A DNA stretch of 57,237 nt, taken from positions 1 through 57,237 of the IMG/VR virus record IMGVR_UViG_3300021964_000077. One strand, given 5' to 3'. The notes below the pieces were generated by a model that saw only the letters and a list, made by a program, of their open reading frames with translations, was not told the origin of the DNA and ran no database searches. The position numbers and the translations under genes are program-made. The DNA is from a virus. Taxonomy: Duplodnaviria > Caudoviricetes. Position 1 is the stretch's first letter, and each line of letters opens with the position of its first letter. Below, in pieces: positions 46,842-55,310 of this stretch.

Positions 46842-47654
46842 ATGGATTTATCCGCTATCAAGCAGAAACTTCAGGCTCAACAGTCAAACGGACGTGAGCG
46901 TGAAAAGATCGATTACGAAGCTACATTTTGGAAGCCCTCAGTAGGTAAGCATCAGATCCGAATTGTACCTTCTATGTTTAACCCTGAAATGCCTTTCAGT
47001 GAACTCTACTTCCATTACGGAATTGGTAAGTATCCGATGATTGCATTGACTAACTTTGGAGAGCAAGATCCTGTTGTTGATTTTGTAAACGAGTTGCGTA
47101 AGACTTCTGACCGTGATAACTGGTCATTGTCTGGTAAATTGGCTCCAAAGATGCGTGTTCATGCTCCTGTCGTTGTTCGTGGTGAAGAAGATAAAGGAGT
47201 TCGTTTATGGGGCTTCGGTAAGCAAGTTTACAACACATTGTTGCAACTAGCTGCTGACGAAGATATCGGTGATTTTACCGATGTTATGAATGGCTTTGAT
47301 ATCGTGATAGAAGTAGTTCAAGGTAACCCTTACCCGCAAACTTCTGTACGTGTTAAGCCTAAGCAAACTCCTTTGAGTGATAATAATAATCAGGTAGAGA
47401 CTTGGCTAAAGACTCAACCGGATCCATTAAAGTCCTTTTCAAAGTACGACTTTGCATTCATTAAAAAGCAACTAGAAGGTTGGTTATCAGGTAACGAAGA
47501 CGGAGCAGATGGAGCACCTGTTGCAGCAGCACCAGCAGCTACTCAAGCACCCGCCAATAATTTTACTGTAGAAACTCAAGCTCCTAAGAAAGCTGATACA
47601 GTAAGTCAGTTTGACGATTTGTTTGGCGACTCTTCTAACGACTTGCCGTTCTAA
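46842..47654 (+). CDS. Single-stranded DNA-binding protein (gp32-like)
   Basis: FWKP..GKHQIRIVP, GVRLWGFGK, GDFTDVMNGFDI; acidic tail FDDLF...DLPF. Confidence 0.85.
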   Translation: MDLSAIKQKLQAQQSNGREREKIDYEATFWKPSVGKHQIRIVPSMFNPEMPFSELYFHYGIGKYPMIALTNFGEQDPVVDFVNELRKTSDRDNWSLSGKLAPKMRVHAPVVVRGEEDKGVRLWGFGKQVYNTLLQLAADEDIGDFTDVMNGFDIVIEVVQGNPYPQTSVRVKPKQTPLSDNNNQVETWLKTQPDPLKSFSKYDFAFIKKQLEGWLSGNEDGADGAPVAAAPAATQAPANNFTVETQAPKKADTVSQFDDLFGDSSNDLPF

Positions 47655-47656
47655 GT

Positions 47657-48742
47657 ATGGCTAAGAGAAAAGGAGTATCGGAGACCGCTAAGGCGGCTAT
47701 TAAGAAGGGATTTGATCTCAATAGTTTTAAGAAGAATAAAGGACTAGCTTCTACGAGCATTAAGTTTAAGGAGCAAAGCTGGATACCACTTTCTAAGTCA
47801 TTTCAAGAGATCACTTCTATTCCAGGTATTCCCGAAGGTCATATTACTCTCTTACGTGGTCATTCGGATACCGGTAAAACTACAGCACTCCTAGAGGCTG
47901 CAGTTAACGCTCAGAAGATGGGCGTACTACCGGTATTCTTGATCACTGAGATGAAGTGGTCTTGGGAGCATGCTAAGGAAATGGGACTAGAAGTCCAAGA
48001 GGTTGTTGATAAAGATACTGGAGAGATTTACGATTACGAAGGATTCTTTATTTATGCCGATAGAGGTAACTTGCATACCATTGAGGATGTAGCTACTTTT
48101 ATTATGGACTTGATTGATGAGCAGAAGAAAGGTAACTTACCTCACAACATGTGTTTCTTCTGGGACAGCATTGGTTCAGTACCTTGTGAACTATCTGTAC
48201 GTTCAAATAAGAATAATAACGAATGGAATGCCGGAGCAATGTCTACTCAGTTTGCTAATAATGTAAACCAGAAGATCTTGCTATCAAGAAAAGAAGGTAA
48301 TCCATATACGAATACTTTAGTTGCAATCAACAAGGTATGGACGATGAAGCCTGAATCCCCTATGGGACAGCCTAAACTACAGAACAAAGGAGGAATGTCT
48401 ATGTGGTATGATGCTACGATGGTAGTAACATTCGGTAACATTACCAACCCAGGTACTAGTAAGATCAAGGCTATTAAAGACGGCTTACAGGTAGAGTTTG
48501 CCAAACGTACTAATATTCAGATTGAAAAGAACCATATTAATGGTATTCAATCTCGAGGTAGAATTGTTATGACTCCTCACGGGTTTATCGACGATGAGAA
48601 AAAAGCTATCGACAAGTATAAAGATGCGCATAAAGACCGCTGGTTGACGCTCTTAGGATCGGTAGAGTTTGATCTCGTAGAAGAGGGATCTATGGAGGAA
48701 GATATCCGAGATATCGGAGTAGAATTAACACCAAACTTTTAA
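47657..48742 (+). CDS. uvsX: RecA/UvsX-like recombinase
   Basis: Walker A GHSDTGKT, Walker B FFWDSIGS, KGG motif; next to SSB. Confidence 0.85.
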   Translation: MAKRKGVSETAKAAIKKGFDLNSFKKNKGLASTSIKFKEQSWIPLSKSFQEITSIPGIPEGHITLLRGHSDTGKTTALLEAAVNAQKMGVLPVFLITEMKWSWEHAKEMGLEVQEVVDKDTGEIYDYEGFFIYADRGNLHTIEDVATFIMDLIDEQKKGNLPHNMCFFWDSIGSVPCELSVRSNKNNNEWNAGAMSTQFANNVNQKILLSRKEGNPYTNTLVAINKVWTMKPESPMGQPKLQNKGGMSMWYDATMVVTFGNITNPGTSKIKAIKDGLQVEFAKRTNIQIEKNHINGIQSRGRIVMTPHGFIDDEKKAIDKYKDAHKDRWLTLLGSVEFDLVEEGSMEEDIRDIGVELTPNF

Positions 48743-49767
48743 TGGGAAAATACGACTCGCTATTAAGTAGCATTCAGCAGTCGGCACCCCGTAAAGTTAA
48801 CGATCACATCCTGGTTATCGACGCGATGAATACTTTCATCCGTAGTTTTACCATGATCAATATGATGACTCCAGAAGGAGTACACGTAGGAGGCATGGTA
48901 GGATTTATGAAGTCGTTGGGATTCCTAGTGAGAACTATGAACCCGACCAGGGTAGTGATTGTCTTTGACGGACCGGCTTCTTCACAAGCAAGAAAGAATA
49001 TAAACTCAGATTACAAAGCTAACCGAGATATCACCAGGATTACCAACTGGGAGGTATTTGATAAGAAAGAAGACGAGTACGACTCTATGTCCGCTCAAAT
49101 CGGTCGATTAGTTGAGTACCTTAACATGCTGCCGGTAGATATGATATCTATGCCTAAGGTAGAAGCTGATGATGTGATGGCTTACATCGCTCAACAGTTC
49201 GGCAAAGACAACAACAGAGTAACCTTAATGTCTTCTGATAAAGACTTCTTACAGATTGTCGATGATAACGTAGAGGTATACTCTCCTATTAAGAAGAAAT
49301 TCTACGGTCCTAAAGAAGTAAGAGAAGAGGTTGGTGTTCTTGCTGAAAACTATTTAGTAATGAAGTCGCTTTTAGGGGATAACTCAGACAATCTCCCAGG
49401 AGTAAAGGGACTCGGTCCTAAGGGTATCTTTAAACACTTCCCAGATCTGATGGATAAATCAGGTACTGATTTGGATTATGTTTTCGATATCTGTGAAGCA
49501 GGGGTTGAGAAGGTTAAAGTATTTCAAAAAGTACTTACAAACTACGACCGAGTATGGCAAAATTACGATTTAATGAATTTAATGGAGCCAAGGTTGTCTG
49601 ATCCCCAAAAAGTTCTTATATTGGACTTAATGGATAACTGTCCAGGTCAATTGAACGTTACAGCGTTTATGTTGATGCTAAAGCAGGATAACATCCAACA
49701 CGGTATTACAAAGAATACAGAAAGCTGGTTAGAAAATTTTAGATATTTACTCACAATTAAGAAATAG
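48742..49767 (+). CDS. 5'-3' exonuclease / flap endonuclease (PolA N-terminal / T4 RNase H family)
   Basis: IDAMNTFIR, VFDG, YKANR, EADD, SSDKDFLQ, GDNSDNLPGVKGLGPK. Confidence 0.92.
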   Translation: MGKYDSLLSSIQQSAPRKVNDHILVIDAMNTFIRSFTMINMMTPEGVHVGGMVGFMKSLGFLVRTMNPTRVVIVFDGPASSQARKNINSDYKANRDITRITNWEVFDKKEDEYDSMSAQIGRLVEYLNMLPVDMISMPKVEADDVMAYIAQQFGKDNNRVTLMSSDKDFLQIVDDNVEVYSPIKKKFYGPKEVREEVGVLAENYLVMKSLLGDNSDNLPGVKGLGPKGIFKHFPDLMDKSGTDLDYVFDICEAGVEKVKVFQKVLTNYDRVWQNYDLMNLMEPRLSDPQKVLILDLMDNCPGQLNVTAFMLMLKQDNIQHGITKNTESWLENFRYLLTIKK

Positions 49768-49772
49768 GTTAT

Positions 49773-51137
49773 ATGACTCTTCACAAACTCTCACAATACG
49801 GAAAGCCTTTCCAAGTCAAGGTACTTGGTTCGCTTCTAACTGACAAAGGATTTCTATTAACTGTAAGAGACACTTTACAAGAAGAATACTTTGATGCTGA
49901 TGCACATAAGTGGATTCTAAAAGAGATTGTGAATTACTTTGATAAGTATCACACTACCATTACGATGGATGTTATCAAAATTGAATTAATCAAGATTGAG
50001 AACGATGTACTAAAGACTGCAATTAAAGAAGAGCTGAGGAACTCTTATCAAGCATCCCAGCAGGATTTAGAGTACGTACAAGAAGAGTTTACAACTTTCT
50101 GTAAGAATCAAAAGCTTAAACAGGCTTTGATGGATTCAGCTGATCTGCTTAATCAAGGTGACTACGATTCTATTCGTGGTATGATTGAACAGGCATTGAA
50201 AGCTGGTATGGATAAGAATATCGGTCACGAATATCTTAAAGATGTTGAAAGCCGATACAGAGAAGATTACCGGCCTACTATTCCTACTCCATGGAAAGTA
50301 ATGAATGAAAACTTCCAAGGAGGAATGGGACCTGGAGACTTAGGTATTATATTCGGTAATCCCGGAGGAGGTAAATCATGGATGATGGTTGCTATGGGAG
50401 CTCATGCCGTGCAGCAAGGATTTAACGTCATCTACTATACTCTTGAGTTAGGTGAAGATTATGTAGGTAAGCGCTTTGACTGTTACTTTACTGGGTACTC
50501 TATTGATGAGGTCAACAACCATAGAGATAAAGTAGAAGAAGTAATGGAGAAGCTACCCGGTAGACTTATTGTGAAAGAGTACCCTCCTAAGCAAGCATCA
50601 GTTACTACTGTTAAATCTCACATCCAGAAATGTGAAGATATGGGCTTCAAAGCTGATATGGTTATTATCGACTACGTAGATTACTTGAGAGGACCTTCAA
50701 AGAAATTCGCTGAACGTAAGGATGAGATTGATGATGTATTCGTAGGTGTTAAAGGATTGGCTAAGGATCTGAAAATACCTATCCTAACACCTTCCCAAGT
50801 AAACAGAATGGGTGCTAAGGATCAGATTATTGAAGGAGACAAAGCAGCAGGCTCTTACGACAAGTTAATGGTAGCAGATTTCGCAATCTCACTCTCCAGA
50901 CAGAAAGAAGATAAAGTAAACGGTACCGGCCGTATTCATATTATGAAGAATAGGTACGGTATGGACGGTATGACATACAACGCTCTTGTAGATACCAACA
51001 ATGGTCAGATAGATATCTCAGACGATATCATGACCGAGGATTTATCACCAGTACAACCAACTAATGTACCAGGTGTTGATACCCATGATAGGGCAATTTT
51101 AGCAAAAAAGTTCTTCGAATTAACGCAGAAGAAGTAA
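49773..51137 (+). CDS. dnaB: DnaB-like replicative helicase (gp41-like)
   Basis: Walker A GNPGGGKS, YYTLEL, IIDYVDYL, SQVNR, KNRYG. Confidence 0.92.
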   Translation: MTLHKLSQYGKPFQVKVLGSLLTDKGFLLTVRDTLQEEYFDADAHKWILKEIVNYFDKYHTTITMDVIKIELIKIENDVLKTAIKEELRNSYQASQQDLEYVQEEFTTFCKNQKLKQALMDSADLLNQGDYDSIRGMIEQALKAGMDKNIGHEYLKDVESRYREDYRPTIPTPWKVMNENFQGGMGPGDLGIIFGNPGGGKSWMMVAMGAHAVQQGFNVIYYTLELGEDYVGKRFDCYFTGYSIDEVNNHRDKVEEVMEKLPGRLIVKEYPPKQASVTTVKSHIQKCEDMGFKADMVIIDYVDYLRGPSKKFAERKDEIDDVFVGVKGLAKDLKIPILTPSQVNRMGAKDQIIEGDKAAGSYDKLMVADFAISLSRQKEDKVNGTGRIHIMKNRYGMDGMTYNALVDTNNGQIDISDDIMTEDLSPVQPTNVPGVDTHDRAILAKKFFELTQKK

Positions 51138-51157
51138 TAGGGCCTTATTTATTAAAC

Positions 51158-51193
51158 ACGGCCCGAGAGTATAATAACTCAAGGGCTGTTTTT
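51158..51193 (+). terminator. Stem-loop with T tract between the helicase and nrdB (terminator or leader structure)
   Basis: ACGGCCC-GA-GAGT-ATAATA-ACTC-AA-GGGCTGT-TTTT. Confidence 0.55.
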
Positions 51194-51222
51194 GTCTAAT
51201 AGTTTACCAAATATATAAGTAT

Positions 51223-52206
51223 ATGAGTATATTACAAGAGCGAGTGGTTTATAAGCCATTTGAGTACCCCGCCGCACATGAATTCTGGTTAAAGCAACAA
51301 CAGGCACATTGGATACATACTGAAGTACCGATGGCTAACGATGTTACTGATTGGAAGTCAAATTTAAAGGATCATGAGAAAAATGTTGTAGGTGGGATCT
51401 TGAAAGGATTCGCTCAAACAGAAACAGTAGTGAACGATTACTGGACTGGCCTTGTAACAAAATGGTTCCGTAAGCCTGAGATCATTATGATGGCTACAAC
51501 CTTTGGAGCTTTTGAAACTATCCATGCTGAAGCATACTCTTTATTAAATGAGCAGTTAGGATTGGATAACTTTGCGGAGTTCTTAGAAGATGAGAGTACA
51601 GCAGCAAAGATTGAGAATCTTATGGAAGTGAGAGATGGTCACAATGGTGAGATTGATTACCACGAAGTTGCCCGTAGCCTTGCTATCTTCTCAGCATTCA
51701 CAGAAGGAGTAAACTTATTCTCTTCATTTGCAGTATTGTTATCATTCAAGATGAGAAACAAACTCAAAGGAGTAGGTCAGATTGTTGAGTGGTCAGTACG
51801 TGATGAATCACTCCACAGTAATGCAGGTTGCTGGCTGTTTAAGACTCTCATGGAAGAGCATCCAGAATTAAAGACTGATAGACTGATTACAGAAATCAGA
51901 GAAGCAGCTCAAGCAGCATTAGATCTAGAATTCAACTTTATCGATAAGATCTTTGAGATGGGTGATTTAGAAAATCTTTCTAAAGACGATCTAAAGAACT
52001 TCATTAAGCATAGAGTAAATACTAAGATGGGTGATTTAGGACTAAAGCCTTTAATCCCTTCTAGTGAGATTGATCAAGGAGCATTAAAAACTATGTTATG
52101 GTTCGACTCAGTAATTGCAGGAAAGCAACACACAGACTTCTTTGCAGGAAGAGTTACGAATTACTCTAAAGGTCATATGGAATGGGACGCAGCATCAATG
52201 TTCTAG
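51223..52206 (+). CDS. nrdB: Ribonucleotide reductase class I beta subunit
   Basis: YKPFEYP, ETIHAEAYS (radical Tyr), EGVNLFSSF, RDESLH, HTDFFAGRVTNYSK. Confidence 0.96.
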   Translation: MSILQERVVYKPFEYPAAHEFWLKQQQAHWIHTEVPMANDVTDWKSNLKDHEKNVVGGILKGFAQTETVVNDYWTGLVTKWFRKPEIIMMATTFGAFETIHAEAYSLLNEQLGLDNFAEFLEDESTAAKIENLMEVRDGHNGEIDYHEVARSLAIFSAFTEGVNLFSSFAVLLSFKMRNKLKGVGQIVEWSVRDESLHSNAGCWLFKTLMEEHPELKTDRLITEIREAAQAALDLEFNFIDKIFEMGDLENLSKDDLKNFIKHRVNTKMGDLGLKPLIPSSEIDQGALKTMLWFDSVIAGKQHTDFFAGRVTNYSKGHMEWDAASMF

Positions 52207-52346
52207 AAGAAGATCACAACTTGCAGAAAGAGCTAGCTTACTGGAGCTATCAAAAGAAAGCATCTATAATGGAAGGCGACCTACAGGGAGCATTAGAGAG
52301 CGATAAAAATATACAACAATTATTACAAAAGAGAGACAATGTCTAG
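52182..52346 (+). CDS. Small helical protein between nrdB and nrdA (54 aa, not in the ORF track), UVR-like pattern
   Basis: MGRSINVLEEDHNLQKELAYWSYQKKASIMEGDLQGALESDKNIQQLLQKRDNV; overlaps both neighbours and fills the gap. Confidence 0.55.
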   Translation: MGRSINVLEEDHNLQKELAYWSYQKKASIMEGDLQGALESDKNIQQLLQKRDNV

Positions 52347-54057
52347 TATTAATGTAGATTACACTGAGTGGGTAGCAGGTAAAGATTACCCAGAATGGAT
52401 GAGTGAAATATCCTTAGCAACTATATCTAAAGGGTATATGATGCCAGGAGAGACTCCAAAGAAGGCTTATAAGAGAGTCGCAGATACGGTAGCTATGCGA
52501 TTAGGTAAGCCGGAATTGTCATCCAAGTTTCAGAGGTACATGTGGAAAGGCTGGTTAAACCTAGCCTCTCCCGTCCTCTCGAACACAGGAACTGATAGAG
52601 GACTTCCTATCTCATGCTTTGGTATTGATACACCGGATAGCATTAGAGGAATAGGTCTAACAAATGCAGAGCTAATGAAACTTACCTCTGTAGGAGGAGG
52701 AGTGGGTATCTCACTTTCACGTATTAGAGGAAGGGGTAACAGCATCGGCAAAGGCGACATGGGACAATCAGAAGGTGTAGTGCCGTGGGCTAAGATTTAC
52801 GATTCTACAATCATTGCAACCAATCAAGGAGCAGTACGTAGAGGAGCAGCTTCTGTTAATTTAGATATTGACCACGTTGATATTAAAGAGTTCTTACAGA
52901 TTAGACGTCCTAAAGGTGACCCAAACAGACAATGTTTGAATCTACACCAAGCAGTAATGGTGAGTGATGACTTCATGCACAGACTAGAAAGAAGAGATCC
53001 AGAAGCAATGGAGCTATGGGTTGAGATCTTAAAGTCTAGAGTTGAGACTGGTGAGCCGTATTTGATGTTTAAAGACAACGTTAACAACGCTAACCCTTTA
53101 GCCTACACTAAGAACAATCTTAACGTTACTATGACTAATATCTGTTCAGAGATTACTTTGCATACTGATGAAGAGCATAGTTTTATCTGCTGTCTATCTT
53201 CTTTAAACTTAGCTAAGTATGATGAGTGGAAGGATACAGATTTAGTAGAAACTTCAGTTTACTTCCTAGACGGAGTAATGGAAGAATTTTTATACAAAAC
53301 AGAAGGAAAGGAATCAATGGCAAGAACATACCGCTCAGCTAAGAAAGGTAGAGCGTTAGGTTTAGGAGTATTAGGATGGCATACATTCTTACAACAAAAA
53401 GGATTGCCATTTAACTCCATAGCATCAACTTCATGGACTAATAAGATCTTCTCTCAGATCAGAACTGAAGCAGAAGCAGCATCTAGAAAATTAGCAGAGG
53501 AGTACGGTGAACCAGAGTGGTGTAGAGGAACAGGAATGCGCAATACCCACTTAATGGCCATTGCTCCTACAGTATCCAACTCAACTATCTCAGGAGGCGT
53601 ATCTGCTGGTATTGAGCCTATCCCAGCCAACATCTATACGTTTAACTCTAACAAGGGTACGTTCATTCGTAAGAACCCTGTTTTAGAGAACTACTTAGAA
53701 GAAAAGGGTCACAATACAGATGAGGTATGGAAGCAGATCTTACAAGATAGAGGTTCAGTAGCTAACCTTCCTGAAGATATTATGCCTACTGAAGATAAAG
53801 AAGTATTCTTAACCTTTGCGGAAATCAATCAATTAGGATTGGTAGAACAAGCCGGGATACGTCAAAAGTATATTGACCAGGCAATGAGTTTAAATTTAGC
53901 TTTTGATCCTACAGATAGTCCTAAGTTTATCAACTTGGTACACCAAACAGCTTGGAAGTTAGGAATCAAAACTCTATACTACCTAAGAACTGATAGTGTA
54001 ATCAATGGAGATATAGGCTCAAGAACATCAGAAGATTGTTTATCTTGTGACGGGTAA
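52339..54057 (+). CDS. nrdA: Ribonucleotide reductase class I alpha subunit (short, no obvious ATP cone)
   Basis: ASPVLSN, PISCF, GGGVG, RRGA, TNICSEI, CCLSSLNL, AIAPT, KTLYY; C-terminal CLSCDG. Confidence 0.96.
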   Translation: MSSINVDYTEWVAGKDYPEWMSEISLATISKGYMMPGETPKKAYKRVADTVAMRLGKPELSSKFQRYMWKGWLNLASPVLSNTGTDRGLPISCFGIDTPDSIRGIGLTNAELMKLTSVGGGVGISLSRIRGRGNSIGKGDMGQSEGVVPWAKIYDSTIIATNQGAVRRGAASVNLDIDHVDIKEFLQIRRPKGDPNRQCLNLHQAVMVSDDFMHRLERRDPEAMELWVEILKSRVETGEPYLMFKDNVNNANPLAYTKNNLNVTMTNICSEITLHTDEEHSFICCLSSLNLAKYDEWKDTDLVETSVYFLDGVMEEFLYKTEGKESMARTYRSAKKGRALGLGVLGWHTFLQQKGLPFNSIASTSWTNKIFSQIRTEAEAASRKLAEEYGEPEWCRGTGMRNTHLMAIAPTVSNSTISGGVSAGIEPIPANIYTFNSNKGTFIRKNPVLENYLEEKGHNTDEVWKQILQDRGSVANLPEDIMPTEDKEVFLTFAEINQLGLVEQAGIRQKYIDQAMSLNLAFDPTDSPKFINLVHQTAWKLGIKTLYYLRTDSVINGDIGSRTSEDCLSCDG

Positions 54058-54081
54058 GCTATTTATAATAAATCTTTCTTT

Positions 54082-54498
54082 ATGAAATTAATTGACGTCC
54101 TTTTAGAAAACGTAGATTTATCTAGCGCAGTACCTGAAGATACTAGTTATAGAGACTTTGCTAAAGCAGTAGCTAAGATGCTAAGAGAAGACTACGGAGA
54201 GCACAACTTCGGTCCTTTTATGGAAGTATTGCATGCTGAGTTAGGAATGAATGAAGCTATTAACGAAGAGGCAGGTGAGTTAGAATCTATCAAAGCTAGG
54301 TTAGAAGCAGACCCAGAAAATAAGTACCTAACCTTTACCATAGCTAGAGATAAGGATGAAATCAGAGTAGGTGGAAGAGAGTCGGAAAAGTTTTACTTCG
54401 CCCAGAGAAACGAAGAAGAAGATTTTGGGAACTATAGAATTTTTGATGTCGACGATGATGACAGAGGTACTCTAGTTTATATCACAAGAAAGAAGTAA
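54082..54498 (+). CDS. Hypothetical protein with MKLIDVLLE leader (possible internal head protein)
   Basis: TATTTATA at 54060; leader plus an internal INEE site. Confidence 0.6.
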   Translation: MKLIDVLLENVDLSSAVPEDTSYRDFAKAVAKMLREDYGEHNFGPFMEVLHAELGMNEAINEEAGELESIKARLEADPENKYLTFTIARDKDEIRVGGRESEKFYFAQRNEEEDFGNYRIFDVDDDDRGTLVYITRKK

Positions 54499-54513
54499 GT
54501 AAACTAAACAGTT

Positions 54514-54936
54514 ATGATTTTTACATTTGTACTATCGATGCTTGCCATCGTAATGTTCTCTATATGGAGTTTTAATAAGCAGCTAAGTAGATTAAAGCAG
54601 GAACACGAGATTGAACTTAAAAAAGCAACCGCTGCTGCTCGACAAGATGGTAAGCAGAGAAGTGCAGCCGTACAATGGGGTAAGAGTATCGAACACTTCG
54701 TACCTTTTATGAAAGACTTCCCAGTACCTGTAGAAGATGTAACATTCTTAGGTATGCCTATTGACTACATAGGTTTCACAAACTCAGGTAGTAAGACTAA
54801 ATGCGAAGTGCATTTTATAGAAGTTAAGAGTGGTTCTTCGTTCTTAATGGGTAAGCAGAAAAATATCAAAAAAGCTATTCAAGAAGGTCGTGTTTTCTGG
54901 CACGAGATGTCCGTAGAAGGAAACTTTGAGAAGTAA
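54514..54936 (+). CDS. PD-(D/E)xK endonuclease related to archaeal Holliday junction resolvase, with an N-terminal hydrophobic helix
   Basis: GKSIEHFVPF, FLGMPIDYIGF, FIEVKSG, QKNIKKAIQEGRV. Confidence 0.8.
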   Translation: MIFTFVLSMLAIVMFSIWSFNKQLSRLKQEHEIELKKATAAARQDGKQRSAAVQWGKSIEHFVPFMKDFPVPVEDVTFLGMPIDYIGFTNSGSKTKCEVHFIEVKSGSSFLMGKQKNIKKAIQEGRVFWHEMSVEGNFEK

Positions 54937-54981
54937 TCGTTTTATTAGGTTCCCTTATATTTATATGTATAATTGGAACCT

Positions 54982-55296
54982 ATGGACGATCTACTCAGCA
55001 AGTATTTAAAGAGCAATCAGACTATTCGCAAACCTAAGCAACCAAACTTAGGTGAGATGAATCGTGATTTAAAAACCTCTACATCAAAAATTCCTGCACC
55101 TATCACAAGTGTGCCAACTAAGTCTGTATACGAACCATCTACAACCATAGTAAGATACTCAGATGTAGTATCACCACTACCAACAGGAGATGATATTTTC
55201 AGATCAGGAACACCAGGTAGTAATCCAAATCCAAAGGATACCAGACAGACAACTTATGTAAACAACAACTACGCTGGTGACGACTACGTAGATTAA
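54982..55296 (+). CDS. Hypothetical Pro/Ser/Thr-rich protein
   Basis: TATTTATA at 54958; C-terminus YVNNNYAGDDYVD. Confidence 0.6.
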   Translation: MDDLLSKYLKSNQTIRKPKQPNLGEMNRDLKTSTSKIPAPITSVPTKSVYEPSTTIVRYSDVVSPLPTGDDIFRSGTPGSNPNPKDTRQTTYVNNNYAGDDYVD

Positions 55297-55310
55297 TTCA
55301 ATTTAAGACC

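Noticed and set aside
52115-52306. 63-aa ORF from the supplied track
   Set aside because: TTG start deep inside nrdB; the ATG-started ORF 52182-52346 in another frame fits the gap better.
54-53087. Other minus-strand ORFs in the track (e.g. 663-1202, 10565-11149, 37668-38099, 52824-53087)
   Set aside because: All overlap well-supported + strand genes and show no recognisable motifs.
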